Notes: generated by a model from the letters alone, not told the origin. Counted from the stretch's first letter, positions 1-13,682 are shown. The stretch: DNA of 64,000 nucleotides from Octopus vulgaris (GCA_951406725.2 OX597822.1:72354001-72418000), one strand, 5' to 3'. Made by a program: numbers and translations.

Positions 1-96
1 GTGATGTGGTGCTGTTTCTAAGGGTTGCAAAGAGGCAATTATAATTAATCTCTATAAAGGATGCCAGAACAGATTGTAGTAACTGTATTGTATCAA

Positions 97-290
97 CTTG
101 TTTCAGTCATTGGACTGCGGCCATGCTGGGGCACCTTCTTGAAGAATTCTTCCCTCCAGTACTTATTTTCTTTTAATCTTTATTTTATCATTCCGTTTTG
201 CCAAAACGATAAATTACGGGTACATAAGGTCACAACAATAGTTGCCAAAGCGATAATGGGGGGGTCAAACAAGACACAAACACGCACGCA

Positions 291-357
<67 letters not shown>

Positions 358-519
358 GAATATATGTACGACAGGCTTCTTTCCATTTCCTTCCACCATA
401 TCTGGTCGACCCGAAGCTACAATAGAAGACACTAGCCCAAGGTGTCACGCAGTGAGACCGAACACGGAATCATATAGTTAGGAAACAAGCTTCTTACCAA
501 GCAACCACGCCCGCACCTA
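97..519 (-). mobile_element. tRNA-derived SINE, family A (octopus OK-like), full length, diverged
   Basis: Reverse strand has a tRNA-like head with A/B-box-like motifs, the body ...gtgtcttcta...gaagcctgtcg, an internal (CA)n, and the tail cagcatggccgcagtccaatgactgaaacaag. Homologous to other copies in the window. Confidence 0.85.
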
Positions 520-647
520 TAGAAGTATTGTTTTATTATCTGCCAGAACGAATCTTCTTGGCTGCGTGTACGAATTGAAAATCTTCATGTATCATACTTT
601 TGCTTCCGTCCAGTTGAGAACAATGGATATGATTTTCACAGTAATTA

Positions 648-1006
648 TAGGCTGTGTGGTAAGTAGCTTGCTTACCAACAACATGGTTCCAGATACAGTC
701 CCACTGCATGGCACTTTGGGCAAGTGTCTTCTACTATAATCTCGGGCCGACCAAAGCCTTGTGAGTGGATTTGGTAGACGGAAACTGAAAAGAAGCCCGT
801 CGTATATATGTATATATATATATATACACCATTGGTGGTGTGTTTACATCCCCGTATCTTAGCGGTGGTTCGGCAAAACAGACCGAAAGAATACCGATAG
901 GGTTACAAAGAAGAATCCTGGGTTCGAGTTGCTCGATTAAAGCCGGTGCTACAGCATAGCCGCAGTCAAATGACTGAAACAAGTAAAATCGAGTAAAAGA
1001 GAGTAA
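648..1006 (+). mobile_element. SINE family A
   Basis: ggctgtgtggtaagtagcttgcttaccaac...gggcaagtgtcttctactata...ggaaactgaaaagaagcccgtcg, internal (TA)n, tail gtcaaatgactgaaacaagtaaaa. Confidence 0.9.
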
Positions 1007-1011
1007 GACAA

Positions 1012-1165
1012 CTGCAAGAGAGGGTCTACGAGCAGAACATAAAAGATCTCGTACACATTTTCATTTAATTAACGAAGCCTTTAATGCTGTGAGTACGATA
1101 ATCCTGTGGGGAAACACCTTACAATTCTGCTTCTTTAAATTCTCATACCAACATTAAAGTCATTT
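1012..1165 (+). mobile_element. Decayed RTE-clade LINE reverse transcriptase fragment
   Basis: With frameshifts reads LQERVYEQNIKDLVHIFI*LTK-AFNAVSTIILW, matching the RTE RT motif LQEKCREQ...FIDLTKAFDTVSR..LW. Confidence 0.65.
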
Positions 1166-1347
1166 TGCAATGAAATTAAGTCATAGGACAATGTGGGAGG
1201 AACCCAAGAAAGGTGGTAACGTTACCCAACACTATTTTCCTGTTGCTCTATGTCCCAATTCTCTCAATCTCCACCTCTATCTTATTAGCTTTCCTTCCTT
1301 CTTTCTTTCACTTCCTCTTTTCACCTCATTCGGTTTATCTCTCTCTC

Positions 1348-1445
1348 TATGTATGTATGTATGTATGTATGTATGTATGTATGTATGTATGTATGTATGT
1401 ATGTATGTATGTATGTATGTATGTATCTATCTATCTATCTATATA
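1348..1445. repeat. (TATG)n followed by (TCTA)n microsatellite
   Basis: Direct reading. Confidence 0.97.
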
Positions 1446-1864
1446 TCTATCCGCATACATACAAACACCCATTATATATGTACGTGAATTGTTTAAGAGA
1501 GACTGTAGCGACAACTTCAAAAGAATACACACATACATACACACACACACACACACAAACACACACAAACACATGCACACCCATACATATATATTCGTAT
1601 GTGTATGTATGCTTGAATGTATCACCAAAACCCTGAAGAGAGCCTTACCATTATTTGAAACTAAGATTATGCTACATTAATGGAAGATACGCACGTAAAT
1701 ATGTCTGCTAGCGTGGATAGAGTTGTAAGTGACTTTATCTCGAAAGGTTAGAAAATCTAAAGAACTATAATTCCTGTGTATAATTTTTTGTTATATACTG
1801 CCGCTGTATGGTTATGAGACAACTCATAATCTCACACACAGACACACACAGACACACACACAAA

Positions 1865-1949
1865 TGCATAAATATATGTATATATATATATATGTATTTG
1901 TACAAATATATAAATGCACAAATATATATATATATATATATATATACAA

Positions 1950-2002
<53 letters not shown>

Positions 2003-2133
2003 TATATATATGTACAAATATATATATATATGTACAAATATATATGCACAAATATATATACAAATGTATGCATATATATTATATATATATATATATTTAT
2101 ATTTATAAATATATACGTGCATAAATATATGTG

Positions 2134-2175
<42 letters not shown>

Positions 2176-2188
2176 AATATATATATAT

Positions 2189-2251
<63 letters not shown>

Positions 2252-2273
2252 AATATATATATATATATATGAT

Positions 2274-2312
<39 letters not shown>
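1865..2312. repeat. Long interrupted (TA)n microsatellite with recurring gtacaaat interruptions
   Basis: Direct reading. Confidence 0.97.
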
Positions 2313-2318
<6 letters not shown>

Positions 2319-2674
2319 CTGACGTATCTCCAATGGACAATATAACCTTTCTTTATTCAATAATCTCACTGGATGGAAGATAAAATGACATGCTTCCGAC
2401 TTGTATTCTTCCAACGAACCAAACTGATACGATTGTACATTATCATTCTCTGCACAAACACCTATATTCGACCAATAGTAATAAATAAGCGGCGAGATGG
2501 TAAAAATCAACTTTTTCTTTCAGAAGACATCGAAAGAAATCGAACAATTCGAGTCCTTTTATTTCGCCATTCGCTATTTTTGATAGGTGAGCGGTTGGGG
2601 AGTTGTAGAAGCACTTTAGTTCTGCTTTCGATTTTTGGTCTTGGAGCATAAAGTATTGTCTTTATATAATTCAC

Positions 2675-2676
2675 GA

Positions 2677-2758
<82 letters not shown>

Positions 2759-3038
2759 GTATATATAGATAGATAGATAGATAGATATATATATATATAT
2801 TATATAAATATAATATATATATATATATATATATTGTATTTATATAATATATATATATCATATATATACATAATATATATTATATATATATTATATATAT
2901 ATATGTATATGTATATATATATATATTTATATGTATATTATATATATTATATATATAAATATACATGTATATATGTATGTATATATATATATATAAATGG
3001 ATATATATATATATGAATATAAATATGTATATATATAA

Positions 3039-3069
<31 letters not shown>

Positions 3070-3160
3070 TATAAATGAATAAATATATATATATATAAAT
3101 GAATATATAATATATATATGTAAAACTATGATTATGTATATATATATATATATATTATAG
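2675..3160. repeat. Degenerate (TA)n low-complexity tract
   Basis: Direct reading. Confidence 0.95.
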
Positions 3161-3273
3161 ACACACATGCTCGACCTATAAATTCAATGTACATACATAT
3201 AAATTTCATACACACACTCACACACATATATATATATATACACGCACATGTGTGTCTGTTCTAAAGATTATAA

Positions 3274-3309
<36 letters not shown>

Positions 3310-3442
3310 AATGTCTGTGTATGTAAACAAATGTGTGAGTTTGTGTGAAGATGTATCTGTATAAATTTGTATATTTTACACACATGCTATCACACACACA
3401 AATACACAGACGATAGATCTTTGTAATGAAGTTGGTGACGAT

Positions 3443-3900
<458 letters not shown>

Positions 3901-4483
3901 CCTTTCTTCTGAAGGCACATGTCCTCAAATTTGGCGTGGGGGGTGGACTAGTCAATAATATCGACTCCAGTCCGTAACTGGTACTTAATTTATTGACCAT
4001 AGATGGATGAAAGGCAAAGTCGACATCGGCGGAATTTGAAATCAGAACGTAGCGGCAGACGAAATACCTATTTCTTTATTACCCACAAGGGGCTAAACAG
4101 AGAAAGGATAAACAAGGACAAACAAACGGATTAAGGCGATTATATCGACTCCAGTGCGTAACTGGTACTTATTTAATCGATCCAGAAAGTATGAAAGGCA
4201 AAGTCAACCTCGGCGGAATTTGAACACAGAACGTAAAGGCAGACGAAATACCTATTTCTTTACTACCCACGTGGGGCTAAACACAGAGAGGACAACCAAG
4301 GACAGACAAACGGATTAAGTCGATTATATCAACCCCAGTGCGTAACTGGTACTTAATTTATCGACCCCGAAAGGATGAAGGGCAAAGTCGACCTCGGCGG
4401 AATTTGAACTCAGAACATAACGGCAGACGAAATACGGCTACGCATTTCGCCCGGCGTGATAACGTTTCTGCCAGCTCACCGCC
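3901..4483 (-). mobile_element. SINE family B, trimeric (head, two 184-bp internal units, terminal unit)
   Basis: Head aggcggtgagctggcag at 4483. Unit boundaries at 4435/4436, 4251/4252 and 4067/4068. Central gtcgactttgcctttcatcctttcggggtcgataaattaagtaccag (Nin/Inv-like domain, named from memory). Tail agaaagg(att)n. Confidence 0.92.
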
Positions 4484-4488
4484 TAAAG

Positions 4489-4545
<57 letters not shown>

Positions 4546-4547
<2 letters not shown>

Positions 4548-4758
4548 TTCAAATTTTTGCCACAAGGGTAGCTTTGGGAAAGTGAGGATGAGTCGAGTAT
4601 GTTGACTCCAGTGCATAACTGGTACTTATTTAATCGACACCGAAAGAATACAAGGCAAAGTGGACTTCGGCGGAATGTGAACTTAGAACGTTGTGGCAGA
4701 CGAAATACCGCTGAGCATTTCGACCAACGTGCTAATGATTCTGCCAGTTCGCCGCCTA
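4546..4758 (-). mobile_element. SINE family B monomer
   Basis: Head taggcggcgaactggcag, same central domain, tail ...ggcaaaaatttgaaatt(att)n. Confidence 0.88.
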
Positions 4759-4766
4759 GTAGTAAT

Positions 4767-5062
4767 CGGATACCAGGAAACCCCAAAATGGCAGAAATTC
4801 AAAAGATAGTGCTCATGTGAACTGCCCATAACCTACGTAAAATACTGACTATGTAATTTCAAGTTTTAAAACAAACACGTAATTTTCTTTTGGTTTCTTA
4901 AACATTTTCTAGAACGACACTATGTACAGAACCAAATATATGGCACCCTAGGCATAACACCAACATGAAATTCTAACTACTTGTCTCTTGAGGCCTCTGG
5001 GTGAGACTTGGAGCCAACTTCTACAAATGCAAAGCAAAAGTCAAATATAAAATAATAATAAT
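4767..5062 (+). mobile_element. R4/Dong non-LTR retrotransposon 3' end (5'-truncated)
   Basis: RIPGNPKMAEIQKIVLM*TAHNLRKILTM* matches the R4/Dong C-terminus (IQK..LLGTAHILR..L). It is followed by a 3' UTR (cttgaggcctctgggtgagacttgg) and an (AAT)n tail. Confidence 0.82.
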
Positions 5063-5273
5063 CATTTCTGCTGGAAGCAAAAGGCCCCAAATTTTGGGGA
5101 AAGGATTAAGTGGATTACATCGACCCCAGTGCGTAAACGGTACTTGTTTAATCGTCCCCGAGAAGATGAAAGGCAAAGTCGATCTCAGCGGAATTTGAAC
5201 TCAGAACGCAGAGGCAGACGAAATACAGCTAAGAATTTCGCCCGGTGTGCTAACGATTCTGCCAGCTCACCGC
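5063..5273 (-). mobile_element. SINE family B monomer
   Basis: Homologous head and central domain, flanked by (AAT)n. Confidence 0.88.
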
Positions 5274-5274
5274 A

Positions 5275-5306
<32 letters not shown>

Positions 5307-5314
5307 CAACAATT

Positions 5315-5435
5315 GTTTTAAATTTTGTCATAAGGCCAGAAATTTTATGGGAGCGATATAGCTGATTATATCGACCCCCAGAGCTCAACTAGTAACTCAT
5401 TTATCGAACTCCGAAGGAATGAAAGGGAAAGTCAG
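5315..5435 (-). mobile_element. SINE family B 3' fragment
   Basis: gattatatcgacccccag...gaatgaaagggaaagtc, decayed. Confidence 0.7.
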
Positions 5436-5504
5436 GTGAAATGCCTCTCAACATTAACAATCGATGCGCAAACGGTTCCATCTGCTAGCAACCGTTTTAA
5501 TTAA

Positions 5505-5681
5505 TAATAATACTAACAATAATAATGGTAACAATAATAATAATGATAGCAATAATAATATCAATGAACATAACAATTATAATGTTAATGATAATAATAA
5601 TGAAAATGATGATAACAATAATATTAATAATAGTAACAACAACAACAACAATAATAATATCAATGATGATAACAACAACAC

Positions 5682-5773
<92 letters not shown>
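5505..5773. repeat. Degenerate (AAT/AAC/GAT)n grading into pure (AAT)n
   Basis: Direct reading. Confidence 0.95.
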
Positions 5774-6144
5774 CCTTTCTACTGTAGGCACATGGCCTGA
5801 AATTTGGTGGGAGGGAACTAATCGATTACATCGACCCCAGTGTTTCACTGCTTCTTAGTTTATCGACACCGAAAGGATGAAAGCCAAATTCGATCTCGGC
5901 GGAATTTGAATTCAGAACGTAGCGACGGGTGAAATACCTATTTCTTTACTACCTACAAAGGGCTAAAAACAGAGAGGATTATATCGACCCCAGTGCGTAA
6001 CTGGTACTTATTTAATCGACCCCGAAAGGATGAAAGACAAAGTCAACCTCGGCGGAATTTGAACTCAGAACGTAACGGCAGACGAAATACCGCTAAGCAT
6101 TCCGTCTGGAGTGCTAACGATTCTGCCAGTACGCCGCCGCCGCC
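5774..6144 (-). mobile_element. SINE family B dimer
   Basis: Same junction (aaagaaatag|gtatttc on the sense strand) at 5937/5938; internal unit partly deleted. Confidence 0.88.
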
Positions 6145-6203
<59 letters not shown>

Positions 6204-6238
6204 AATAATAATGATGATCATGATAATAATAATAATAA

Positions 6239-6628
6239 TTTCAAATTTTTGCCACAAGGATTTCTTGCAGAATGTGGGGATAAATCAATTACATCGATCC
6301 CAGTGTTCAATAGGTACTTATTTTATCGATAGGATAAAAGGCAATGTCAGCCTCAGCGGAATTTGAACTCAGAACGCAGTGGCAGGTGAAATACCTATTT
6401 CTTTACGACCCACAAGGGCCTAAACACAGAGGCGACAAACAAGGATAGATGAACGGATCAAGTCGATTACATCGACCCTAGTGCGTAACTGGTGATTAAT
6501 TTATCGCCTCCGAAAGGATGAAAGGCAAAGTCGACCTCGGCGGAATTTGAACTCAGAACGCAGCGGCAGACGTAATACCGCTAAGCATTTCGTCCAGCGT
6601 GCAAACAATTCTGCCAGCTCACCGCCTA
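6239..6628 (-). mobile_element. SINE family B dimer
   Basis: Junction at 6394/6395; head taggcggtgagctggcag. Confidence 0.9.
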
Positions 6629-6884
6629 CATAATGATGATGGTGATAATGGTCTACCAATTTGAAGGGAATGTGTTAAGTCGAAATCATCGGAGGGATGA
6701 AAGATAAAGTTGACCTCAGCGGAATATGAACTTGGAACGTAAAAACACTCGGAACAACTACGGCTGTGCACTTTTGTTTTAGCTAGTCTAAGCCAATGAA
6801 GAGAAAGCTAAAGACTAAACAAAGCAGGGAGCTAGACAGTATCAGGGTATTACGATGCAGAGAAACCCTTAGTTTGCTTATACA

Positions 6885-7080
6885 TTACAGGGTGGAAATA
6901 GACAAAGAAATATCACAACACTGGCTGAAGATCAGATGAGTAATACCTGAGACTGGAAGAATATTGATTGCGGTGCAGAATCAAATTCTTTTCACCAGTA
7001 ACCTCCCAAACCATGCAATGAATCAGAATATATTATCTTCAGAATATGTGGGGGTTTTGGAGAATCAATGAGCAACATTG
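6885..7080 (+). mobile_element. Decayed R4/Dong fragment (region before and including the CCHC knuckle)
   Basis: VEIDKEISQHWLKIR*VIPETGRILIAVQNQILFTSN...FRICGGFGESMSNIVSSSSIL resembles DKE.S..WL.....ETEG...AIQDQ...TRN...CR.CG...ET..HI.SGC..L. Confidence 0.7.
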
Positions 7081-7249
7081 TCTCCAGCAGCTCAATTCTT
7101 TTAGGTTATTAAAAATATACATATCTAACTCAATAAAAACTACAGTATATTAAGAATTAACCAATAAAGAATACATCTACAACCCTCAGACAATTGAGAC
7201 TTACATATAAGGAATGTTATGCCAGAATTATGAAATGGTAATATATATA

Positions 7250-7460
7250 TATAATACGGAGATGTACTTGCATAGCAAGTGATTTGATCTGAGATCGTGT
7301 GCTGCAACGAAAACAATTGCAGGCGTGGAAGGTATTTATAAGCCATTTAAGAAACACACAAAATCCGTTAGATTCATTTCAACATTGAAATTTAATTTGT
7401 CAAAATATTTTCGTCGCTTTGAGACCGCAACCGGTTCACTGACAAAATTCTGTGCTGCAT
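7250..7460. mobile_element. Probable Penelope-like element terminal fragment
   Basis: tattttcgtcgctttgagaccgcaaccggttcactgac resembles the tttcg...ttcactga motif of PLE ends; bounded by (TA)n. Confidence 0.45.
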
Positions 7461-7605
7461 ATATATATATATAGCTGCAATAAGCATAAACATGCATGCA
7501 AAGGTATGAGATGACAAAGTTATCAAATAACAAAGCGTCCATGCACTGCGATGAACCAATTCACAAAGACGAAAATTGTATGTTAATTGATAATATCAAA
7601 GAACG

Positions 7606-7908
7606 TAGTGACGGCTCGGGATTTAGTGGTCAGGAAATTTGATTCACGATCTTAATGTCGTGGTTTCGATTCCTCGCAGGACTTTATTTCATGTTGTTGC
7701 AGTCACCTCAAGTGGCAAGGAGGCGTTGTACCTTATTTCAGTGGACCCACATTGTCATAATCTGCGTCACGCTGAATTCCCTTGAGAACTACATTAAGAG
7801 TATGCATGTCTGTGGAGTATTCAGCCACTTGCACGTTATTTTCACGAGCAGGCTGTTCTTTTGATCGAATCAACTGGAACCCTCGTCCTTGTAACCGACA
7901 GAGTGCCA
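7606..7908 (+). mobile_element. SINE with D-type head and X-type 3' body
   Basis: Head ...ttagtggtcagg...gtggtttcgattcc. Body gtcacgctgaattcccttgagaactac...ggaaccctcgtccttgtaaccgacagagtgcc is homologous to the body of the 13130-13517 copy. Confidence 0.8.
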
Positions 7909-7914
7909 GTCGAT

Positions 7915-8075
7915 TACTTTAGGTTCACCACGAGCTTCAGGACTGATAAGGCTGGATTTCAGCCCAGTTTCCATGGTGCAGAAGTAACTGAGATTACAAC
8001 ATTCCACATTGAACGAGACAGCGGTCTCTCGTAGGGTTAAATTCACCGGTACTTATTATACAGCTGAGTGGAATA
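7915..8075 (-). mobile_element. Decayed SINE 3' part (CORE/V-type)
   Basis: tttaggttcaccacgagcttcagg...ccggtacttattatacagctgagtg resembles the reverse complement of a CORE-like ...cagctgtataaatgggtaccgg body. Confidence 0.5.
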
Positions 8076-8239
8076 TAACAATGCCACCCCGCGAATTGTG
8101 ACATTATCCCCACGTCGTAGCCATACAATCAAGTTCCATGGAATGTCTTTCATTTCTTCCCGTCTAAGACAATTATTTTAACTCTAACAATGAAACTTTC
8201 CTGTTTTGTGTTGAAGAAATAGTCGAGTGCTCTTGCTGC

Positions 8240-8497
8240 TTTAGACAATTGGTCTTTGTTGACGATGAACAAGAACAACACCTAGGAGAAGAAGACGGGT
8301 ACGGCGTGTTCGGCTGTGGCCAATCAGTCCGATGCGTGCTTGGAACGATCTGCCGTAGGTCGGGCACTGATGGCCTGTTGGGACTGAAGGCAATGAGTTG
8401 CCTCTGGACTGGCATATTCTGCCTTTTGCAATCTTCTGTTCGTAGGAGGTGGTACCACTGTTGGTGCATCTTCGCCAGGCCAGATTCTCGCCGCTAG
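8240..8497 (-). mobile_element. RTE-clade LINE 3' end fragment
   Basis: Minus frame reads ENLAWRRCTNSGTTSYEQKIAKGRICQSRGNSLPSVPTGHQCPTYGRSFQARIGLIGHSRT, the RTE C-terminal zinc-knuckle motif C..C.R.F.ARIGL.SH.R. Confidence 0.85.
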
Positions 8498-8892
8498 TAA
8501 GTCGTTCGTGAGGCTTTTCTTAATTACCTCCTTTAATATTCTCTCTGGGTTCCTCTCTGTTATATATTTTCTCTAATTTTTCTTCTTTGCAAAGTTCTTT
8601 AAATTCTACTCTAATTGCTCTGTTTAAAGAGTCCTCACATTAGTTCTTGCCATTGGTTCCTATCAACCCCTCACCTGTATTAGATATTAATCATAAAACG
8701 GTAATGGTTTCGATAGTATTTTAATATTAATATTTGATAATAATACAAACAACCAATGATAACAATAATAATCCGAATGACTTCTTTTATTTCACATTTT
8801 TCAGAAGAACATTGCAGACAATAATGGTGATGAATGACGTAATGATAGCAACGAGACATAAAACAAAATACAAGACGCTATTAATAATGTTG

Positions 8893-8967
<75 letters not shown>

Positions 8968-9362
8968 TAACAATAACAACAACAGCGGCGGAAAAGGCAA
9001 CAACAGGAATTAACTAAACACGCAAACTGAAAGAAAAATAACCAAAATATTTTGATTTCTATGGATTGTATTTTTTAACTTCTGAAGATCATCTTCGGTT
9101 CGATACAAACGAATGAACAGAGATGTGTCGTCTGATAGGGTTTTTATATCTGTATAAAAGTTACTCATAAAGAAATCACGCACCAATGGTCACGAGTCTG
9201 TTGAAACCAAACCAGTTTTGTTATCTCTCTTAGTTCTTTTGTAATAGAGAAAGTTCAGCATAGAAAGGAGAATTAGCGAAGGAAGGTTATTGGTTACCAT
9301 CGTGTGCGCGTGCGTGCATTCACACACACACAAAACACACACGTATGTGCGTATGGACATAT

Positions 9363-9430
<68 letters not shown>

Positions 9431-9457
9431 CGGCAAGTAGTACTATGTACGTATGTT

Positions 9458-9494
<37 letters not shown>

Positions 9495-9585
9495 CATATT
9501 TGTGTGTGTATGTGTATGCAAAATAGGTACACATGAGTATGAGTACATTTATCTACCCACACACATGTATACGTATGTATGTATG

Positions 9586-9616
<31 letters not shown>

Positions 9617-9617
9617 A

Positions 9618-9928
9618 TGTTGTTGTTGTTTGTTCCGTCTCGAGCCACGCCTGGCTCATAAGGGCCGGTCTCCTGGTTTCCTTGGCGTATTGGTTCCCCA
9701 CCTGGACGGCACGCGGGTCCGTCGCAGGTGAACTGCAAGATGCAGGAAGAAAGAGTGAGAGAAAGTTGTGGCGAAAGAGTCAGCAGAAGTTCGCCATTAC
9801 CTTCTGCAGGAGCCACGTGGAGATTAGGTGTTTCGCTCATAAACACACACATCACCCGGTCTGAGATTCGAACCTGCGATTCCTCGACAGCGAGTCAGCT
9901 GCTCTAATCACTAGGCCATGTGCCTCTA
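9618..9928 (-). mobile_element. SINE with C-type head and W-type body
   Basis: Head gtagaggcacatggcctagtgattagagcagc. Near-identical organisation to 28952-29253; (AAC)n tail. Confidence 0.9.
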
Positions 9929-10012
9929 CTATCTACCTATCTATATACATATGTAACTATATATATTCATCTCTCATAGAGATTTTCTAACTTGCTACTT
10001 TGCTTGTTTTAT

Positions 10013-10047
10013 GCATACATACATACATACATACATACATACATACA

Positions 10048-10122
<75 letters not shown>
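10013..10122. repeat. (ACAT)n plus (AT)n microsatellite
   Basis: Direct reading. Confidence 0.97.
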
Positions 10123-10123
<1 letters not shown>

Positions 10124-10364
10124 CACACGATGATAGATGTGAATGCATGTCGTGCATATGTTTTGTCCCACAAACATACACAGACATTTATATATTTATA
10201 TAAAAAATACATGCACACATTTGCTTATGAGTTTCTGGAATTACCCAAATAGGTGTACGCGCACACATATAAACTATACACGTATAAACTCATACAGAAA
10301 CAAACAAACAAACACACATATACATACACGTATATACTGTCGCTTAATCATTATCCGGTGCCAA

Positions 10365-10470
10365 GAGATATTCGTGCTGTGATGTGCAAAGAAGGCCTAG
10401 AAATCCAGTATCAGTCGCCTGAAAACTGGAAGCGAGAAACGCTGAGAAACGACTGAAGTAGAGTCAGCTT
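10365..10470 (+). mobile_element. Possible short RTE remnant
   Basis: CKEGL...SPENWKRE resembles the RTE motif KDVCKRDLK...ENWE..A.DR. Confidence 0.4.
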
Positions 10471-12119
10471 TTGATAATAATCTTCTACTGTACATATAGT
10501 ATATATTTCCTTCACTTAGTAGAAATATAAGAAATATATACCGATCTGACCCATAATCTATATATCTATCTGTTTGTCTGTCTGTCTGTCTGTCCATCCA
10601 TCCATCCATCCATCCATCTATCTCTCTGTCTATCTATCTATTTGTTTTTTGATCGTGGCTGTGGGCTAAGAAGCTTAATTCCCAATCACATGGTTCCAGG
10701 TTCAGTTCCACTGCGTGGCATCTCCGGCATATATATATATATACACATACACACGATGATAGAGGTGAATGCATGTTGTACATATGTTTTGTCCCATGTA
10801 TATGTATGTATATATATATATATATATATATATGAATGTATATATACATATATGTATGTATATATATAACACTCACACACGAGATAGAAGCATAACTGTT
10901 AATCCTCAAATACCGTATGGCATCTACCCTGCAAATAAGTTTCAGAGGAATATCTACAGCTATTCTTCGAACAAGTTCATCTTACCTGTCTCTGCAATGG
11001 TCATGGCTTGAAACATTTACCTACGAACATTTACCGAATAACGGTGAACGAACACTCTATATCATTGCCCATCGTTTGACAATCTATGATCACCTTGTGG
11101 TCTTTAGCTATTAACATTGCATTCGCTGTTTAGTTCCCTTAACATTTGAGCCTACTATTTTACTAACCGAGGTTACACAACAGTCAAAATTACATCAAAT
11201 GCAATATTGTCTAACGAAGTTTCAATTATGTGAATTGAAGTAAGTGTACATTTTATGTATTTTATTTCAAAAATATTTAATACGTATAATAAGCATACTA
11301 CAATAATGTATTCTTAAGTATATTCTGGTTTTCTTTTTTGCTTAAAATCAACGATGCCCTTGGCAGAAGCATTACTTTGCTACATTACAACTTTTCATTC
11401 TTATTTCCCATTAAGATATCAGATTATATGATTTTTAACGAAACAATACACTTGAATAAGTACAAAACTTAAACCACTTTACGGAAAAGGAATGCAAAAC
11501 TTTAAACTCTAACTCAAAGCATATAGATTATTGTAATCTGGAGATTTAAAATGTTTGCTTTATTTTCGTTTCTTCCGGATGCAAAAATCATTTTATATAT
11601 TATTAATATGTTCGTGTTATTTTCCCCCCGCCACATTTATCTCTCATTATGTACATATATATCCATTTATATAATCATTGCAGACCATATTGGAGATTAT
11701 TCCCGTTTAATAATATTAAGAATGACATTAATGATAATCTTATTGCTTTGAAATGAGTATAACGTTAACGAAATTGACCTAATTAATCGTGTGGAATGAT
11801 TAATTCAAGAAACCGCCTATTAATTTGAACATCGCACCCGGGAATTATAAATATAACCGATTGATCTGTATTCATGAGGATATGGAATATTTCGTCTACA
11901 CATCTATTACAATATAAAATCTTTACAATAATCAGCTTTATGACATCGGAACATACATTAATTCCCGAAACCATGCACATATGCCTATACATATACACAC
12001 ACACACACCCGCGCATACTCACATACATTCACAGAACTATATACAAATATATGTATAACGTTATACACAATCCGAATACCTATATATGTTTATATATATG
12101 TATAAAATTATAGATGTAT

Positions 12120-12244
<125 letters not shown>

Positions 12245-12303
12245 GTTCTTCCCCTTTCTTCCCCTCTCTCTCTATATATGTATATTTATACATGCACAAA
12301 TAG

Positions 12304-12378
<75 letters not shown>

Positions 12379-12776
12379 TATGGATGGATGTGAGTTTATA
12401 TATTCCTTAAATATTTCATGAGAAGATGTAAAGATAAGACTCGCAACAACATACGTATACACACATACAACCACATGCACACATACTTATATACACATAA
12501 ATATTTCCTCTCTCTCTCTCCCTCTCCTTTTCTCTTTCTGATGTATTTCCTGGTCTCTATCTCTCCACCACACACATACACATTCAAACATATTTGTTCT
12601 TTTGAAAATAAATCTAATAATCTAATGCCAGTAAACGTATGAGCGATTTCATCGATATTCTAATCATTATTAAAATATTTAATAATACTACGAATTTGAC
12701 GACATAAATCATTGTTGCTATTATTATTTTTATTATTATTAATAGTAGTAGTAGCAATGATATTGATGATAACCAT

Positions 12777-12834
<58 letters not shown>

Positions 12835-13129
12835 GTAACTACTAAAAATGATACTAATATTAATAATTATGATGGGATACATTAGAATAAGCCATTCAAA
12901 TTGCTAATGATTGGCTATCGCTCCATTTTAAAATGTCTTCTATTCAAAAATCAAAGTAAAATTTTGGTAGCACAAAGATAGGTATGACAAATATCTTGAA
13001 TGCCTTAAACATAACTAATGGAAAATTAATAACGTCTTAAAGCATTGAAAATATTCTGGCGGTTCTGGGTTGAAAAATAACCAAAGTGTATATAAACATA
13101 ACTGAAATCACAAATATTTCATATAAGTA

Positions 13130-13517
13130 TATTACTACGGCACTTCGTCGGTTACGACGACGAGGGTTCCAGTTGATCCGATCAACGGAACAGCCTGCTC
13201 GTGAAATTAACGTGAAAATGGCTGAGCACTCAACGGACACATGTACCCTTAACGTAGTTCTCGGGGAGATTCAGCGTGACACAGAATGTGACAAGGCTGG
13301 CCCTTTGAAATACAGGTACAACAGAAACAGGAAGAAAGAGTGGGAGAAAGTTGTGGTGAAAGAGTACACAGAGTACGCCAAAACTCACTGCCGGAGCCTC
13401 TTGGAGCTTTGAGTGCTTTCGCTCAATAAACACTCACAACGCCTGGTCTGGTCTGGGAAACCGTTATCCTATGACCGTGAGTCCGCTCCCCTAACCACTG
13501 GGACATTGCGCTTCCAC
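13130..13517 (-). mobile_element. SINE with C-type head and X-type body
   Basis: Head gtggaagcgcaatgtcccagtggttagggg. Body shared with 7606-7908. Confidence 0.88.
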
Positions 13518-13682
13518 TATAAATATATAGTGTAACATATATTACATAAAATATTACAAATACAATGCAAACTAGATACAGGCATATGTATACACACGTT
13601 ACTTCAACATACTCCATTCACATAAAATAAACAGATCTGGGATCGTTTCAATATAAGAAGCAACAAGGGCTACTTTTTTTTC

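Noticed and set aside
648-720. tRNA-like sequences at SINE heads (also 28952, 32898, 42504)
   Set aside because: A/B-box-like motifs are present but the cloverleaf is incomplete and the sequence continues into SINE bodies; not tRNA genes.
2312-2665. Unique-looking block between (TA)n tracts with three short ORFs
   Set aside because: No recognisable protein motif. Possibly a Penelope-like end, but not supportable.
3901-6745. Repeat-spacer appearance suggesting a CRISPR-like array
   Set aside because: Repeats are 180+ bp SINE units, spacers are microsatellites, there are no cas genes, and the context is eukaryotic.
8249-8497. 82-aa + strand ORF followed by GTAAGT, resembling an exon
   Set aside because: The opposite strand encodes a clear RTE C-terminus, which explains the GC content and open frame.
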